The position numbers and the translations under genes were made by a program. The notes beneath the pieces are model-generated. The model made no database searches. It worked only from the letters and a program-made list of their open reading frames with translations, and was not told the origin of the DNA. A stretch of 64,000 nucleotides of DNA from an uncultured delta proteobacterium (GTDB taxonomy: Bacteria; Myxococcota_A; Polyangia; Polyangiales; Polyangiaceae): the NCBI GenBank assembly GCA_963841435.1, contig CAWJCS010000002.1, positions 960,001 through 1,024,000 of the forward strand, in the 5' to 3' direction. The stretch's first letter is position 1. Every line of letters starts with the position of its first letter. Shown in pieces: positions 22,925 through 31,780 of the stretch.

Positions 22925-22952
22925 TTGACCGGCCCCCGCATCGGGGTAGTAT
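22925..22952 (+). promoter_or_regulatory. Putative sigma-70 promoter of tRNA-Cys
   Basis: TTGACC-N16-TAGTAT followed by a GC-rich discriminator, about 50 nt upstream of the tRNA. Confidence 0.6.
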
Positions 22953-23003
22953 CCGCGCCCCGGCGACGAGCCGCTTTCCCCGACGGGACCTTTCTCGAAA
23001 CAC

Positions 23004-23075
23004 GGCGCGGTAGCCAAGTGGTTAGGCAACGGTTTGCAAAACCGTCACACGTCGGTTCGAATCCGATCCGCGCCT
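23004..23075 (+). tRNA. tRNA-Cys (GCA), CCA not encoded
   Basis: Acceptor GGCGCGG/CCGCGCC, anticodon arm ACGGT-TT GCA AA-ACCGT, T-arm GTCGG-TTCGAAT-CCGAT, discriminator U. Confidence 0.96.
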
Positions 23076-23259
23076 CCGGCTCGCAGGCTCGCCTCGGGCG
23101 CGGTTCGGTTCAAGCCTGTCGCCTCCGCCAGGTGGCGGAGGCTTCGCGGGCGAATCCGATCCGCGCCTCCGGCTCGCAGGCTCGCCTCGGGCGCGGTTCG
23201 GTTCAAGCCTGTCGCCTCCGCCAGGTGGCGGAGGCTTCGCGGGCGAATCCGATCCGCGC
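23058..23259 (+). repeat. tRNA-linked tandem repeat, 93-bp unit (2 full copies + 16-bp third start)
   Basis: Units start at 23058, 23151 and 23244 with CGAATCCGATCCGCGC (tRNA-Cys 3' end); each full unit contains the hairpin GCCTCCGCC-AGGT-GGCGGAGGC. Confidence 0.93.
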
Positions 23260-23289
23260 ACCATTCGACGACCGAGGGGGAGAAGCGGG

Positions 23290-24162
23290 ATGAAGCTTCG
23301 TTCCGTGCTCCTCACGGCGGTCGCGCTCTTGTGCTTCGCGGGCAATTCCATCTTGTGCCGGCTCGCGCTCGCCGAGCGGCGCATCGATGCGGCATCGTTC
23401 ACTGCGGTGCGCCTCGCGAGCGGCGCCGCACTGCTCGTCCTTCTGGCGCGCCGGCGGCCACGCGCGGCCGTCGGCGCGGCCGCGGCGCGGGGACGCTACC
23501 TGTCGGCACTTTCGCTGTTCGCGTACGCGGCGCCTTTCTCGTATGCGTATCTCGTGCTCGGCGCCGCCATGGGCGCGCTCATCCTGTTCGCCGTCGTGCA
23601 GGTCACGATGCTCGGCTGGGGTGTCGCGCGGGGCGAGCGTCCGACGCCGCTCGCCTGGGTCGGCATCGCCCTGGCTCTCGGCGGGCTCGTCTGGCTCACG
23701 TTGCCCGGACGTTCCGCGCCCGACGCGCTCGGTGCCGCGCTGATGGCGACGGCCGGTGTCGCGTGGGGCGCGTACTCGCTCTACGGTCGTGGAAAAACCG
23801 GAGACCCGGTCGTCGCCACCTCGGCGGCGTTCCTGCGCGCGCTGCCGTTCGGTGCCGTTCTGCTCGGCATCGCCGCGGCCGTGTCGGGGCTGCACGCGGG
23901 CTCGGCTGGCGTCGCGCTCGCCGCAGCATCCGGCGCGATCGCGTCCGGTCTCGGCTACAGCGTGTGGTACGCGGCGCTCCGGCACCTCTCCGCGACGCGC
24001 GCAGCCGTCGTGCAGCTTCTCACTCCCGTGCTTGCCGCCGCGGGCGCCGTGCTCGTGCTCGGGGAATCGTTGTTGACGCGCCTCGTCTTTTCGAGCCTCG
24101 CGATTCTCGGCGGTGTCGCCGTGACGATTCGCGAGCGCGAGGCGCCGCGTCGCATCGCGTGA
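23290..24162 (+). CDS. DMT/EamA family transporter
   Basis: About 10 hydrophobic segments; FAGNSILCR, AWGAYSLYG and SGLGYSVWY motifs. Confidence 0.88.
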   Translation: MKLRSVLLTAVALLCFAGNSILCRLALAERRIDAASFTAVRLASGAALLVLLARRRPRAAVGAAAARGRYLSALSLFAYAAPFSYAYLVLGAAMGALILFAVVQVTMLGWGVARGERPTPLAWVGIALALGGLVWLTLPGRSAPDALGAALMATAGVAWGAYSLYGRGKTGDPVVATSAAFLRALPFGAVLLGIAAAVSGLHAGSAGVALAAASGAIASGLGYSVWYAALRHLSATRAAVVQLLTPVLAAAGAVLVLGESLLTRLVFSSLAILGGVAVTIREREAPRRIA

Positions 24163-24471
24163 GGGCCTGAGCGGTCGCGTCCGCGCGAGGCGCTGCGCGG
24201 TGGGTTCGCTACGGGCCAGGGATGCGGGCCGGACCGCGATTCGCGAGCGGCGTGAAACGCCACGGTCCGGCTACCCGGTCGAAACGCGGTTGGCAGCACG
24301 GATTTTGCCTTGCAGGTTCACCACATCCGCCTACACTCGGCGCCGCCATCCCCGGCTCAGACTAAAATCTTTAGTTCTTTCGATTACTTGGTCATGAATT
24401 CACGCTTGAGCAACCGACCCGGCCTAATGGCCGATACCTCGCAAATTACCGCTCGGGGTGTATTCGTTTTG

Positions 24472-25635
24472 CTACAGCCTGGACCGGCCCGCGAGCAGCT
24501 CGGCGTAGACCTCGAACAGGGCGGCGTAGTGGCCGCGCGTCGTGGGGATGGTGCTCGCGCGGTCGCGGGCGAGCTGCGAGAGCTCGTCGCGGGGCCGGCC
24601 AAGCACGGCTTCGATGGCGCGCGCCGCGGCTCGGGGACCGCCGAAAGCAGGGTACGTCTCGGCGAAGCCCGCGCCCGCGAGGTCTGCGGCGCCACCGCGA
24701 TCGGGCGCAGCGAGCGGCGTGCCGGAGGCGAGGCACTCGGCGAGCAAGAAGCCGAAGGTCTCGCACAGCGAGCCGTGAGCGAGCGCATCGACCGTCGAAA
24801 GCAAGCGAGCGTACTCGGCGCGATCGCGCGTGAAGCGCAGGACCGTAAAGTGCGGCAGCCGCCGACCCTGGGTCTCGAGTCGCTCGCGCTCGGGACCGTC
24901 GCCGAGCAAGACCAGTGCAATGGGACGCGTCCGGGCCACGAGCTCGAGCGCATCGAGCACGAGCCGCTGGCGCTTGTCGGCGGCGAGCCGGCCGGCGACG
25001 AGCACGAGCCGGGCCTCGGGGTCGGACGCGAGCGGGCCGAGCAGCTCGCGCCTGAGCGCTTCGTCGCGCCGCTCGGGACCGAAGCCGTCCTGATCGATGC
25101 CGAAGCGCACCGTGCGAACGCGCGGACAGCCGTGCTTTCGGAGCTCGGTTTCCAGCCATTCGCCGGCGACGATCGTCGCGTCTGCGCGCCGCGAAACGGC
25201 GCGCAGGTAAGCCCAGCCCATGCTTTCGAGCGGCCTGCCGAGCGCGCTCTTCGCGGCGAGCGGAGCGAGGTAACAACCGATCGGATCCGCGTGATGCACG
25301 TAGGTGCGGAGCGGCACCTCGAGGCGGCTCGCGACCCACATCGGAACGAAGGGGCTCGAAACCTGGAGCACGTCCGGTGCGTAGCGCCGCACGAGCTCGC
25401 GCATACGGCGGAGCGCGAGCGGCGCATGGTAACTCGGGTCATACGGCATCTTCGGTGCGCGGTAGCGCACGATGCGCCCGCCGTTGCCGACCGTGCTCTC
25501 TTCGTCGCGGGGTCCAGGGGCGACGACCACCACTTCGTGACCGAGCTCCCCAGCGTGGTGGAGCATCTTGTCCAGGTACGAGCGCACACCACCTCCACGC
25601 TCCGAATAGAACTCGGCTAGGTCGAGGACCCGCAT
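24472..25635 (-). CDS. Glycosyltransferase family 4
   Basis: FYSERGGGVRSYL, GRLAADK, GDGPER and ETFGFLLAE(C)LASG motifs. Confidence 0.9.
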   Translation of the reverse strand: MRVLDLAEFYSERGGGVRSYLDKMLHHAGELGHEVVVVAPGPRDEESTVGNGGRIVRYRAPKMPYDPSYHAPLALRRMRELVRRYAPDVLQVSSPFVPMWVASRLEVPLRTYVHHADPIGCYLAPLAAKSALGRPLESMGWAYLRAVSRRADATIVAGEWLETELRKHGCPRVRTVRFGIDQDGFGPERRDEALRRELLGPLASDPEARLVLVAGRLAADKRQRLVLDALELVARTRPIALVLLGDGPERERLETQGRRLPHFTVLRFTRDRAEYARLLSTVDALAHGSLCETFGFLLAECLASGTPLAAPDRGGAADLAGAGFAETYPAFGGPRAAARAIEAVLGRPRDELSQLARDRASTIPTTRGHYAALFEVYAELLAGRSRL

Positions 25636-27079
25636 GTCGCAATCGCGAATATCAGAAACAGCTCTTTCCAGTAAGCCGCACGTGCCGGCCGAGGACGTCC
25701 CGTTCCCGCGCCGCATCGGCATCCTCAACGACTACGTGCGCATCCCTTACGCGAACGGCTCCTCCTTCGCGTCGCAGCTGCTTTACCGGGAATTCTCCGC
25801 CCGCGGGCACGCCGTCACGGTCGTGGGCCCTTCCGATCCGCTCGCGACGGACGCCGACTTGCCGCGGCACCACGTGATCCTGCCGAGCCTGCCGCTGCGC
25901 ATCCACCCGGGGGTGCACTTGCCGTTGCCGTCGCGCGTTTCGCTGAACGAGGTGGCGAGCAAGAACTTCGACGTGATGCTCGCGCAGACCGGCTCCGGCC
26001 TCCAGGAGCTCGGCGTGTGGCTCCGGCGCACGCACGGCGTGCCGTTCCTGTGCGTCAACACCATTCACCTGCCGAGCGTGTACGACGTGCTGTTGCCGGA
26101 CAGTCTGCACGCGAGCCCGCGCTTCACGGCGTTCTGCCGGGACAACGTGATGCCGTTCGTGGAAGCCCACGCCGTGCGCATCTACAACGGGAGCGACGGG
26201 CTCGTCGTGCTCTCGGAAGGGCTGGCTCGCTACTGGCGCGAGCGCGGCGTCACCGTGCCGATCCACGTGATTCCCCGCTCCATCGATCACAAAATCTTCG
26301 ACCGCCGCGAGCTCTTCGATCCGTATCCGGCGAGCGCGCCGCGCGGTCGGCGCCTGCTCTGCGTGTGCCGCCACACGCGCGAGAAGTCGGTGAGCCGGCT
26401 GCTCAAGATTTTCGCCGAGCTCGTGGCCCCCGCCGTGCCCGACGCCACGCTGACGCTCGTCGGCGACGGGCCCGACCACGACGTGTTCCGTGCCGAGGCG
26501 CTCGAGCTCGGCATCGCCGATCGCGTGCATTTCCCGGGAGAGCAGTCGCTCACGGAGGTCGTCGCCTGGTACCAGCACGCCGACCTGTTCGTGTACGCGT
26601 CGCTCTCGGAGACCTACGGTCAAGTCGTGAGCGAGGCGCTGTTCTCGGGCGTCGCGACCGTGGCGTTCGAGGACGGCATGGGTGTGTCGCAGCAGATCGA
26701 GTCGGGCAAGACCGGTGTGCTCGTACCGCCGGGTCCCGACGAGCGGGCCGCGAACTGGCGTTTCGCCGGTGAGGTGGCGACGCTCCTGCGCGAGCCTGCG
26801 CGGCGCGCTGCGCTCGGGCACGCCGCTCGCTTGGCGGCGCGCGAGCGGTCGCGCGCGGAGCACGCCGTCGCCCGCTACTACGAAGCCTTCGAGTCGGCGC
26901 GCGAGCACTGCCTGCGCACGAGCCATGGCTCTCGCCAGCGCGCCTTCTTGCCGCTCGCGCGCTGGGCCGCGCTGCACGTGGCCACGGCGGCGCTCGGGAC
27001 GCTGCGCCCGCCCGCGGTCCTCAACCGCAACCAGCGCCGGCAGCCTGCCTGGGACGGCATCGAGCTCGTCGACGCCTGA
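25634..27079 (+). CDS. Glycosyltransferase family 4 (diacylglycerol glycosyltransferase-like)
   Basis: NDY..ANGSS, RHTREK, VGDGPD and SETYGQVVSEA motifs. Start may instead be GTG 25682. Confidence 0.88.
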   Translation: MSQSRISETALSSKPHVPAEDVPFPRRIGILNDYVRIPYANGSSFASQLLYREFSARGHAVTVVGPSDPLATDADLPRHHVILPSLPLRIHPGVHLPLPSRVSLNEVASKNFDVMLAQTGSGLQELGVWLRRTHGVPFLCVNTIHLPSVYDVLLPDSLHASPRFTAFCRDNVMPFVEAHAVRIYNGSDGLVVLSEGLARYWRERGVTVPIHVIPRSIDHKIFDRRELFDPYPASAPRGRRLLCVCRHTREKSVSRLLKIFAELVAPAVPDATLTLVGDGPDHDVFRAEALELGIADRVHFPGEQSLTEVVAWYQHADLFVYASLSETYGQVVSEALFSGVATVAFEDGMGVSQQIESGKTGVLVPPGPDERAANWRFAGEVATLLREPARRAALGHAARLAARERSRAEHAVARYYEAFESAREHCLRTSHGSRQRAFLPLARWAALHVATAALGTLRPPAVLNRNQRRQPAWDGIELVDA

Positions 27080-27100
27080 CGCCGCGCGCTCGAGCGGCCC

Positions 27101-27949
27101 TCAGGTTTTCTTGCCGACGTCGAGGGTGAGCCCCTCGTGGGCGACCGAGAGCTCGACGTCCTTCTCGTGCTCGGCGAGCCACGCCTTGGAGCTCTTGCCG
27201 ATGGCGTCGAGCGCGTCGTCCGAGCGGTCCGGATCATGATGGAACAGGACGAGCCGGCCGGGATGCGCGAACTGTCCGAGCGAGAGCACGTCGCCAATCA
27301 GCGAATGCCCGAAGCCGCGCTTGTGCGGCATATCGGACGGGACGTACTGCGAGTCGTGGATGAGCACGCTCACCGCGTCGGCGAAACGCGCTAAATCGTC
27401 CACCGTCACGACGGTGCGCGTGGCGTTGATTTCGTTGTCCGTGAGGTAAGCGACGGAGGAGCCGTCGTCGTCGTCGACGCGGAAGCCCTGCGCGCCCCCC
27501 GGGTGGTTGAGCTGGATGCGTCGCACGCGTGCCGAGCCGACGCGCCAGATGTCGCCCTCGGGCCGCGCGAACTCGACCTTCGAGGGGATGTCGTTGACGC
27601 TCACGGGGAAGTGGATGTCGTCGAAGATGTTGCGCTGGAATCTCTCCTGCGCCTCGTTCGCGAGCGGGTAGACGAGCAGGTGGCTGCTCTTGTCGTAGAG
27701 CGGGGCGAAGAAGGGCAGCCCCATGACGTGGTCCCAATGCGTGTGCGAAAGGAACAGATGCACCGGCGACGAGCGCCCTTCACGCACCAGGATCTTGCCG
27801 AGCTCCCGCAGACCCGTGCCCGCGTCGAGTACGAGCGTCGACCCGTCGGAAAGGCGAACCTCGACGCACGACGTATTGCCGCCGTAGCGGGAGGTCTGTG
27901 GCCCGGGCGCGGGGACCGACCCCCTCACTCCGTGGAATGTCACGCGCAT
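27101..27949 (-). CDS. MBL-fold metallo-hydrolase (RNase Z/phosphodiesterase-like)
   Basis: GVRGS, YGGNTSC, LDAGTG, SHTHWDH, HPGG, TDNE and FHHDP motifs. Confidence 0.9.
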   Translation of the reverse strand: MRVTFHGVRGSVPAPGPQTSRYGGNTSCVEVRLSDGSTLVLDAGTGLRELGKILVREGRSSPVHLFLSHTHWDHVMGLPFFAPLYDKSSHLLVYPLANEAQERFQRNIFDDIHFPVSVNDIPSKVEFARPEGDIWRVGSARVRRIQLNHPGGAQGFRVDDDDGSSVAYLTDNEINATRTVVTVDDLARFADAVSVLIHDSQYVPSDMPHKRGFGHSLIGDVLSLGQFAHPGRLVLFHHDPDRSDDALDAIGKSSKAWLAEHEKDVELSVAHEGLTLDVGKKT

Positions 27950-28100
27950 CGGTCGCCCCACTCTACCCGCTAGACTAGCCATTTTCGATAGCCTCGAAGC
28001 GGACCGGCCCATTTTGCCCACGAGGCCGACGGCGCGGCGTCCGAGCCCCGGGCCGATGCTCGGGGCGAGCCGGCCTTTACGGGGCTATGCTTCGTGATCG

Positions 28101-28661
28101 ATGTCGCTCGCTCCCGGGTTTCTGGTCGCGGCACCACCGCTCGGCGATCCCAACTTCGATCGCTCGGTCGTGCTGCTCGCCGCTCACGGACCGGAGGGTG
28201 CCTTCGGCTGGGTGATCAACGGCCGGAGCTTGATGACCATGGGCGAGCTCCTGCTGCGCGCCGAGATCACCGAGTCGGCGCAAGAGCTCGCGGGTAGCGT
28301 CCGCGTGGGGGGACCGGTCGGTGCGGACCAGGTCTGGATCATCTATCGATCGGACCCGCGCTTTTCGGACATCGAAGGCGAGCTCGAGATCGGAGGGGGT
28401 GTAGCCGCGTCCGCCTCCCGGCGCGTGCTCGAGGTGCTCGCCGACGGCGCCGTGCCGAGCGGCATGCTCGCCGTCGTGGGGTACGCGGGCTGGGCGCCTT
28501 CGCAGCTCGAGTCCGAGATCCGGCGCGGGTCCTGGTTGCCGACCGACTTCGCGGCGTCCCTGCTCTTCGACGTGCCGAGCGATCGCATCTGGTACGCCGC
28601 CTACGAGCGCATCGGGGCGACGCCGATGTCCTTCACGAGCCGCACCGTCGGCTCCGCCTGA
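28101..28661 (+). CDS. YqgE/AlgH family protein
   Basis: DPNFDRSVVLL, GGPV, GYAGW and QLESEI..GSW motifs. Confidence 0.92.
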   Translation: MSLAPGFLVAAPPLGDPNFDRSVVLLAAHGPEGAFGWVINGRSLMTMGELLLRAEITESAQELAGSVRVGGPVGADQVWIIYRSDPRFSDIEGELEIGGGVAASASRRVLEVLADGAVPSGMLAVVGYAGWAPSQLESEIRRGSWLPTDFAASLLFDVPSDRIWYAAYERIGATPMSFTSRTVGSA

Positions 28662-28676
28662 GGCGCCCCGGGGCGC

Positions 28677-29321
28677 TCACACCGAGGCTTCGCTCACGAG
28701 CGGAACGAACACGCAGCGGACGCGGCGCTCCCACGAAATGTCGGCGGCCGGTCCCCGCCGGCCGACCAGCAGCGTCTGCAGACGTTGCTCGCCGACGGGC
28801 ACCGCGATGCGACCGCCGACCGCGAGCTGCCCGACCAGGGCGCGTGGCGTGGCGCGCGCTCCGGCCGAGACCAGGATCACGTCGAACGGCGCCCCATCGG
28901 GCAAGCCGAGCTCGCCGTTGCCGTGGTGGACCTGCACGTTTTCGTAGCCGAGCTCGGCAAGCGTGTGCGCGGCGCGCTCGGCGAGCGCCGGGCGGATCTC
29001 GACGGCATCCACCGAGGCGACCAGCTTCGATAGCACGGCCGCCGCGTAGCCCGAGCCCGCTCCGACCTCGAGCGCGCGCTCGTGCGGGGCGGGCGCGAGC
29101 GCGTCGAGCATGAGCGCCACCATGCTCGGCTGACTGATGGTCTGGTCCTCGCCGATCGGGAGCGCGCGGTCCTCGTAGGCCTGGTCGCGCAGCGGCTCGG
29201 GCACGAAGCGCTCGCGCGGCACGCTGGCGAATGCGGACAGAATGCGGGTGTCGGTCACGCCGCTCTCCGCGATCGAGCCGAGCAGTCGCTTTCGCGCGGT
29301 CCCGTGGTCGAAAGGCCCCAT
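28677..29321 (-). CDS. pcm: Protein-L-isoaspartate O-methyltransferase
   Basis: VPRERFV, AYEDRALPIG, QTISQP, LEVGAGSGY, APFDVI and FVPL motifs. Confidence 0.93.
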   Translation of the reverse strand: MGPFDHGTARKRLLGSIAESGVTDTRILSAFASVPRERFVPEPLRDQAYEDRALPIGEDQTISQPSMVALMLDALAPAPHERALEVGAGSGYAAAVLSKLVASVDAVEIRPALAERAAHTLAELGYENVQVHHGNGELGLPDGAPFDVILVSAGARATPRALVGQLAVGGRIAVPVGEQRLQTLLVGRRGPAADISWERRVRCVFVPLVSEASV

Positions 29322-30261
29322 GCGCACATCCTTGCCATCGAATGCCGGGTTTGCAACGGCCCCCGACGATGACAAGCTCTCTCGTCGAGAGCATTTGCGA
29401 AACCGTGCGTTCTTCTGGTTGGGTTTGCCGCTCGTCGGCGTGCTCCTCCTCTTGCCTTGCGGCGTGCGACGGCAAGCGCACGCGGCGGGCTCGTCGGAAG
29501 CATCGGCGCGCCGCTGCCCTCCCGAGATGGTGGAGGTACGCGGGTTTTGCATCGACCGCTGGGAGCTATCGACGGTCAACAAGCTGACGGCGCAGCCACT
29601 TTCGCCGTACTACCCGCCCAATCCCGTGCAAGTGAAGGAAGTGCGCGAGTATTGGTCGTTCGCGGCGCCGACCTTCGGGGACGAAGCGGCGGCGCGCATG
29701 CCGTTGCCCGCGCTTCCCGGGTGGCAAGCCACGCATCGCTTCGAGCCCAAGGCCGTGTCTCGGCCCGGCGCCGTACCGCAGGGCTATCTCACCTACTACG
29801 CTGCGAAACGCGCCTGCGAGAACGCGGGAAAGCGGCTCTGCACCGAGCGCGAGTGGGTGACGGCTTGCGGCGGCGAGCAGGGGCGAAAATTTCCGTACGG
29901 CGACCGCTATCAATCCTCGGTCTGCAACGTGTTTCGGAGCTTTCACCCGGCCTTCGTGTTGCACCGAAATAGCTCGCTCGGACACCTCGACCCTCGCCTG
30001 AACCTGCTCGTCGAGAACGGCGACCCGCTCCTGCGCCTCACGGGAGCGACGCCGCGCTGCGTGAGCCGCTGGGGCAAAGACGGCGTCGCCGACATGGTGG
30101 GCAACATCGACGAATGGGTCGAAGGCGAGGATCGGCCCGTGTTCGTCGGAGGCTTTTACGCTCGCTCGACGAACAAGGGGTGCGAGGCGAAAGTCAACGT
30201 TCACGCGCCCGCCTACTACGACTATTCGACTGGCGGCCGCTGCTGCAAAGACCCGGGCTGA
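29320..30261 (+). CDS. Exported SUMF1/formylglycine-generating-enzyme-like (FGE-sulfatase) domain protein
   Basis: CPPEMV..FCIDRWE, GKRLCTEREW, DMVGNIDEW and GGRCC motifs. Start uncertain (ATG 29320 or TTG 29395). Confidence 0.8.
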   Translation: MRTSLPSNAGFATAPDDDKLSRREHLRNRAFFWLGLPLVGVLLLLPCGVRRQAHAAGSSEASARRCPPEMVEVRGFCIDRWELSTVNKLTAQPLSPYYPPNPVQVKEVREYWSFAAPTFGDEAAARMPLPALPGWQATHRFEPKAVSRPGAVPQGYLTYYAAKRACENAGKRLCTEREWVTACGGEQGRKFPYGDRYQSSVCNVFRSFHPAFVLHRNSSLGHLDPRLNLLVENGDPLLRLTGATPRCVSRWGKDGVADMVGNIDEWVEGEDRPVFVGGFYARSTNKGCEAKVNVHAPAYYDYSTGGRCCKDPG

Positions 30262-30285
30262 GTGGCGTGCTAATCTCGACTTCGG

Positions 30286-31494
30286 ATGCGGAGGCTCAAT
30301 CTGCTCTTCGTGCTCGCGTGCGGCGCCGGTGTCTGGGGTTGCGGTGGCGGCGCGGGCGTGCCGCTCGGCCAATCGGGCGAGCCCATCGCCGGCGGCGAAC
30401 CGGACACGGAGCATAGTGCGGTATTCCAGGAGTTCACGCACTGGCCCGACACGCACGTGAGCTCGTGCACCGCGACGCTGCTCGCGCCGAACCTGCTGCT
30501 CACGGCGCGCCACTGCGTTTCTCCCGGCGATCACACGGACATCGTGTGTGGCCAGTCGGCGCTCGGCGACACCGTCGCCGCGCGCTCCGCCGTCGTCACG
30601 AACGACGCCTCACCCGGCTCGGGTAGCCTCTTTCATCGCGGCGCCGAGGTGCGCGTACCCAGCGAGGGCAACGACACCTGCGGATTCGACATGGCGCTCA
30701 TCATCCTCGAGGTGCCCATCGCCGCCGACGAGGCGACCCCGGCCATCCCGCGCATCGACGAGGAGGTGCACGTCGGTGAGGCGTACGTCGCCGTCGGCTA
30801 CGGGCAGGACGAGAACGGCGAGCAGACGGCCGGGCGCATGGAGCTCGGCGGCCTGACGGTGCGCTGCGGTGGGGGTCGCTGCGGGAGCGCCGCCGTCACG
30901 AGCACGGAGTTCCTCGGTGATACGGGTGTTTGCTCGGGGGATTCCGGCGGCCCGGCGCTCGACGCCGACGGCAAGGTCGTGGGCGTGGTCTCGCGTGGCT
31001 CGGATCCCTGCGAAACACCCGTCTACGGCTCGGTGGCCTCGTGGGGCGACTGGATCCGCGACACCGCGCTCGGCGCGGCCGCCGTGGGCGGCTACCGCGC
31101 GCCGTTCTGGGCGTTCACCGGTTCTAGCGATCTGCCCGCCGGGCTGCTCGGCGAGGGCGAGGGGTGCTCGTCGGGCGGTGAGTGCGAGCCGGGCCTCGCC
31201 TGCTACTACGACAGCGAGCCGACCACGGCGCGCTGCACGGCGATTTGCGAGAACCGGTCGCAGTGCGCGAGCGGCACCGGATGCGAAAAGGGGTTCGACG
31301 TGCCGGGGGGCGGGCTGTGTCTCGGTGCCCCGGTGCCCTCCGGTGGCGGCGATGCCACCGCCCCGGGCCAGGGCGCCGACGAGGGTTGCACCGTCGCGGG
31401 AGCGGGAGCGCCGCGTTCCCGCGCGGGCTGGCTCGTCGTGCTGCTCGCGCTCGCGGGGCTCGGCCGCCGCCGAGCAAGCCTGGGTCCCGTCTGA
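30286..31494 (+). CDS. Trypsin-like (S1) serine protease lipoprotein with Cys-rich domain and MYXO-CTERM sorting signal
   Basis: Catalytic triad LLTARHC, FDMAL, GDSGGP; C-terminus GCTVAG...WLVVLLALAGLGRRR. Confidence 0.9.
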   Translation: MRRLNLLFVLACGAGVWGCGGGAGVPLGQSGEPIAGGEPDTEHSAVFQEFTHWPDTHVSSCTATLLAPNLLLTARHCVSPGDHTDIVCGQSALGDTVAARSAVVTNDASPGSGSLFHRGAEVRVPSEGNDTCGFDMALIILEVPIAADEATPAIPRIDEEVHVGEAYVAVGYGQDENGEQTAGRMELGGLTVRCGGGRCGSAAVTSTEFLGDTGVCSGDSGGPALDADGKVVGVVSRGSDPCETPVYGSVASWGDWIRDTALGAAAVGGYRAPFWAFTGSSDLPAGLLGEGEGCSSGGECEPGLACYYDSEPTTARCTAICENRSQCASGTGCEKGFDVPGGGLCLGAPVPSGGGDATAPGQGADEGCTVAGAGAPRSRAGWLVVLLALAGLGRRRASLGPV

Positions 31495-31511
31495 GCCCGC
31501 TCTGCGGTCTG

Positions 31512-31535
31512 CCCGCACCGCGAAAGCGGTGCGGG
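31512..31535. terminator. Perfect 10-bp GC hairpin with GAAA loop; possible terminator between the protease gene and the tRNA 3' fragment
   Basis: CCCGCACCGC-GAAA-GCGGTGCGGG; no U-tract. Confidence 0.55.
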
Positions 31536-31577
31536 AGTGGAGCCGAGGGGGATCGAACCCCTGACCTCTTCATTGCG
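31536..31577 (-). repeat. att site: duplicated 3' part of tRNA-Ala
   Basis: AGTGGAGCCGAGGGGGATCGAACCCCTGACCTC (33 bp identical to 38769-38801), 2 mismatches, then CATTGCG identical. Confidence 0.92.
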
Positions 31578-31780
31578 CGTGGACGGCGCTGATGCTGATT
31601 CAGCCGGAATGCTGCTGGATTTGAGTTCTGCTGGACCCTTGTGGTGCCGCCGTCGAAGAGCCCGAAGCACCGGTGGCCAACGGCGCGGCGGACGCGCCCG
31701 AAGACGAGCCGAACTCCGATGCAGGGGTGGCGGCGGTGGAGCCGCCGCCCTTTTGAGGAGTCTCCGCGGGTCGGCGCGGA

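Noticed and set aside
23058-23259. CRISPR array
   Set aside because: The units are identical over their full length with no unique spacers, they begin inside the tRNA, and there are no cas genes.
31536-31577. Second functional tRNA-Ala gene
   Set aside because: Only the 3' part is present; the D-arm and 5' acceptor strand are missing.
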